A stretch of 64,000 nt of DNA. Source: Chrysomallon squamiferum. Taxonomy: Eukaryota; Animalia; Mollusca. The notes beneath the pieces were generated by a model. That model ran no database searches, had not been told where the DNA came from, and saw only the letters and a list, made by a program, of their open reading frames with translations. Every line of letters begins with the position of its first letter. Position 1 is the stretch's first letter. Below are positions 59,286-64,000 of the stretch, in pieces. The position numbers and the translations under genes were made by a program. The stretch spans positions 15,748,001 to 15,812,000 of the forward strand of contig CM022674.1 of NCBI GenBank assembly GCA_012295275.1, read 5' to 3'.

Positions 59286-61212
59286 CAACTATCTCAATGA
59301 CGTAACAAATGAATCAATTTTCGTAATCTTTGACATTCCCCAGTTTTACAATGTGTTTCTACTTCAAAAATTCTTTGAAGCGCACACCAGAATTGTCTTC
59401 ATCATGCTCCTTATTGCCAGTTTTTCCGTCCTCTACTCGTACCAGAACCTCTCAATTAAGCACTTCAGTTAGCAATACAACCAGCATTCCACCAATATTT
59501 CACAGTTCAAGTTCAACAGCAAATGTTTCCAACACGTGTGCTGTATTTTAGAGTTCAAATTCTTCAGCAAATACTATCAACATTTCACGAGTATTTCAGA
59601 GTTCAACTTCAACAGCAAATACTTCCAACGCATCACCAATATTTCACAGATATACTTCAACACAACACCAAGATTTCACAGTTCTACTTCAACAGAGAAT
59701 ACTTCCAGCATTTCACCAGTACTTCACAGTGCAACTTATTCTGTAAATGTTTTTATATCTCTCGATATCTTTTTTTTATTTTTCTCTTTTACCTTAATTT
59801 TCTTCTTAAATAATCTTGTTGACATTTTTTTTCTCTGTGCAATGTAAACTTTTATTAATACGTTGTGAACGGTTTTGTTCTTTAGGTCAAGGACATCTTA
59901 ACACACGGTAACAGTCGAGACTTACCCAGGGGTCACACTAGTATCTTGTGACTTACGCTCAATAAACAAATACACATTTACACTGTACCAAACTCTACTG
60001 TGCTATGCTGTGTTATGCTATTCTATACTATACTATACTATAATAAATATAATATAATATAATATATAATATGCTGTTAATATTTGTCATTGGAAAATGC
60101 ATATTAACATCTGTTCTACTAAATATAATGAACAATATTAACGTTAAGTTTTATGATAACAAGTGGACATTGTGTTGGTATGCAGCCCAACGAACTGCTT
60201 GTTCCACAGGGCTGTAATTCAGTTAAGATCGCCTTGTTTATTTTGTTAGTTGCTGGGAAGTGTTTGTTTGATTTTGTGCAACCAAATAACAATAACAACA
60301 AAGTTTTTCTCTATTTTATATTTCACATGGATATTTCAGTTGATACGTTCTTAAACTGATCAGCTAACCCTTCACACTAAAGCTGACTATGGTTTATATT
60401 ACAGGGCAGTATAAGTCAATAGGTCAAATTACATAGGTATGGTGGGTGTGCAGGTTAGAAAAAAGGATTATATTACAAAAGTGTAGGAGTCAGTAGGATA
60501 CATCCACCAATTATAATACTGTACATGTGATTTTCAGAGAGAAAGAAAATAAAATTAAATCACACACTTCACACCTTTAGTTTAGTTGCTTCAGAAATGC
60601 AAAATAAATATTGTTTGGTTCGTGTACATTTCGTTGTTTAAATAGGCTAAATGTGATCATGGAAAGTTTCAAGTCACAACATACATCATGTACGGGGGTG
60701 TGTCTGTGTGTGTGTATGTGTGCTTATAAGGTGGGGAGCATATATGGGTATGTATGTATGTATGATGTTTCATTCTTTCTTTTTATTTTACAGATAATGT
60801 TAAGGTAAATGAAAACGTTCATTCTAAATTAAATATAATATAATATTTGAAATTTAATAATCATCTTAATAAATGAAATAAGATAATCTTAATCTTAAAC
60901 CGAAGACGCTGAAAATGACTAAAGTGCTGATTATCAACAAGAGTGTTTTATGTGCATCTTCTCGTAGACAATACGCCACATACCACAACCTTTTATAAAC
61001 ATACTGATTAGTATTAATTGACTGATCCGGAAAACAGGGTTGAACCGTACCTAACTTATTGGTTCATTTATTAAAATATTATTTTCGATAAATAATTATT
61101 TGAACCTAGTAAATTAATAATTACATAATCCGTTAAAAGTATCTGGAATCTATATTTTTCTTCTTTATTTCAACACTAAATACATTCTAGGCTTACCGGA
61201 CATCAGCCATTG

Positions 61213-61371
61213 TTACAAAGGAGTCCCAAATATATAGTCTACACTTTGCGAACACTTGGATCACTCTCACCTAATGACTGACTTCTGATCCTCATGTTAT
61301 CAATATCGAGAGATTTTAACACCTGATGGTGATACGATTTTGGATCGGAGACCATCTTCAAAAACAGATTT
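61213..61371 (-). pseudogene. Tyrosine decarboxylase fragment (3' end of the last exon)
   Basis: Matches 44781-44940: FLKMVSDPKSYHHQVLKSLDIDNMRIRSQSLGESDP..GTPL*. Confidence 0.92.
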
Positions 61372-62872
61372 TAAGGGCAATGTATAATTAATTATATTAC
61401 TGACGTTAAATGGGTTATGTGTGTATGCGCACGCACACACACACACACAAACAATTATTGGTAACTGAAAAACTATGTTTTCTTCTTTCGTGCAATTATC
61501 ATGTAGATAAAAGGATTGTTGGTAAATTTAGACTCTGTGACTATACACTTATTTTATATATCTAAATGTCAGTCATGACTTGCTTACTCACACTGACATA
61601 CTGAAGAAATGGAAAACAATTTAATTTACAAATTTCATTTCCTTTCTTACTTTTGATCATATAAATGATTACTGCCTGACAATCACATAATAAACAAATG
61701 TTTTTTGGGTATAATAACATGCAAACTATGTACGAAAATGAATACTAATCGTGGTCATGCAAAAATAGTTCTGTGAAAGATGTCCATGCTTAAGAACAGA
61801 AAAACAATTTTGTTTTATTTCTATTTAATATTTCTCTTATTACTATTGTTTTATGTCTATGATCTTTTACCACTGTATTAAATCAAATGTTATTATTATT
61901 TTTATGATATATTTTAGATAGCAAAACAGACATGTAACTTTACTGATCTAAAGGTTGATATAAATCGATAAACAAACCGATTAGAAAGAAATATACATAG
62001 ATACGGACAGCCAGATAGACAGACAGATCACTGGATGAAATGCTTGGCTGTTATTATTTTTATTAGTATTATTTTTATTAGTACTAGAGATAAACAAGTC
62101 AATTAAATAATATTTTTTATGCATTCATATTAACATATTGTATTATCTTGATTACTCATAAACAATAAATAAAATTTACCGAATTGTTATATTCAAAAGT
62201 TAATTACAGCACAATTTAACTATTTCATGAAGTTTAATGTTTAAGTCTTGTGTAATTTCCACACACAACAAATACTAACTGTAAAATATATAAATAGTTA
62301 ACTACAAAATGCTTATTTCCCGTTCTAGATATATCATACGAAAATTGATTAATAAACACTTTTTCATCTCAGCAATTTATTTCTTTAAAAGAAGCATAAA
62401 CAACCAGAAACAGTAACTTGAAAAGTGTAATGACCGAGTTCAAAGAAATTACATAAAGAGATTTTCAGAGAGAAAGAAATCAAAACTAAATCACACACAC
62501 TTTACAGCCTTAGTTCAGTTATTTCAGAAATGCAAAATAACAAGGTTTGAAACTGTACACATTTCGTAGTTTAAATGTGATCTATGGCTACAGTATCATG
62601 GACAGTTTCAAGTCACAGCATACATGTACAGGGGGAAAGACCGCTTTTGTGTGTGTGTGTGTGTTTGTGTCTGTTTCTAAGGTGAAGGCACACATTCGTA
62701 TGATTCTTTCTCTTTCGTTTACAGATGCATTAATATTGTATGTAATTTACACTAGTACTGTTAATAATATGCATATTTTAAACGTTATTTACAAACAAAC
62801 AAAAGCATAATAAAGTTTCAAAAAACAAAACCCTCAGTACCATTAAAGAGATTGTTTTTAACATTTGTTTAC

Positions 62873-63593
62873 CTCTGTTGCCCATTCTACAACGTGTCCC
62901 CGTAGTGAGAACTTCTCGTCAATATCTAATTGTCTCATCTTGACAAAACCAATCATTCCTGCTTTCTCAACACACGAATGAGCCTGAAACGTGTCAAAGT
63001 AGATCTCGTAGTTTTCAGTACGAAACGTCTCAGTGAAAACAAACTGGTAAGTAAAAGTGTGGAATCCAAGAAAACAGATATCAAGATGGATTGATGGACG
63101 GACGAACGAACAAAATAGTCTGACTGATTAGGAGGCTACAGATGGAGAGACTGACACTAATAAATAGATATACAGACAGAGAGATGGATGTACTGACAAC
63201 GATACATACGTGTATATAGTCAGAAATGGACGGACAGAGAGAGAAAGACAAAGGTACAGAAGAATAGTTTTGACAGACAGATAAACAGATGAGACAATAA
63301 GTAAATAAACTAAGAGATAATACAGTAACTAAACTAAGAGATAATACAGTAAATAAACTAAGATATAATACAGTAAGTAAACTAAGATATAATACAGTAA
63401 ATAAACTAAGAGATAATACAGTAAGTAAACTAAGAGATAATACAGTAAGTAAACTAAGATATAATACAGTAAATAAACTAACAAACTGAACCATAAAGGA
63501 GACATGCTGAAGGACAGATCACATAAAATTAATACTGACTAGTTTTGACGAATAAGCTACGAGTCTCGGTAACAACATTCCATCTTCGATGAA
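62873..63593 (-). pseudogene. Tyrosine decarboxylase fragment (3' part of exon 5 and exon 6)
   Basis: 63540-63593 reads FIEDGMLLPRLVAYSSKL with its donor. 62873-62983 reads [37 protein letters not shown] with intact splice sites. Truncated on both sides. Confidence 0.92.
63300..63485. repeat. 24-bp minisatellite (~7-8 units) in Tdc intron 5
   Basis: TAAATAAACTAAGAGATAATACAG; only about 2 units at the paralogous 49290-49335 and 6085-6135. Confidence 0.9.
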
Positions 63594-64000
63594 ACATATC
63601 TTTATCCAGAACATAAATTAAAATAAAATAATTCAGCAACATTTGTTTATGTAAATTTACATGTAACAACTTTTCCCAAAGAAAACAAACATAAAATTAA
63701 ATTTCACAAGTGTTATAAATTTACATTTAGCAATTGTTTCAAAATTAGCAGTTTATGGATTTATATCAAATAAAAGCTAAAACACATTAACAATTCAAAC
63801 ATTTTCTTTCATATTGCTTTCTTGTTTTTTATTAATTTGGGAAACCGTCTTTCGGTTGTTGTTATGTTGTTGTTTTTTTGTTTTGTTTTTTGTTTTTGTT
63901 TTTATTTGAATGGCATTATTTACAATATTTTGGCAATAAAAAATTCCTGTCACTCGGAATTGTGTTTCATACATATTTGTTTATTACTCTAGCTAATTTT

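Overview
Very AT-rich, microsatellite-dense, intron-containing animal DNA; a mollusc, possibly a coleoid cephalopod, is my inference from gene content and repeat style only. The window is a segmental-duplication mosaic of three co-amplified gene families. (1) A tyrosine decarboxylase (Tdc2-type) gene with 13 coding exons at 44781-51104 (-) carries two in-frame stops and a dead splice acceptor, and at least five further Tdc fragments occur on both strands. (2) A tandem cluster encodes secreted PAN/apple-like + fibrinogen-related (FReD) proteins on the minus strand, with one intact 5-exon copy at 23037-26096 (326 aa), three pseudogenes and an inverted fragment. (3) PARP12/ZC3HAV1(ZAP)/TIPARP-like mono-ADP-ribosyltransferase copies lie on the plus strand (CCCH-like and WWE remnants, catalytic exons, Ser/Thr-rich repeat tails), all apparently disabled. 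Also present are two copies of a degenerate Ty3/Gypsy element inside a ~5.5 kb direct duplication, a decayed non-LTR retrotransposon, a solitary 5S rRNA gene in a CpG-rich island, and several minisatellites. Most ORFs in the supplied track are microsatellite artefacts. Exon boundaries were read by hand; no database searches were run.
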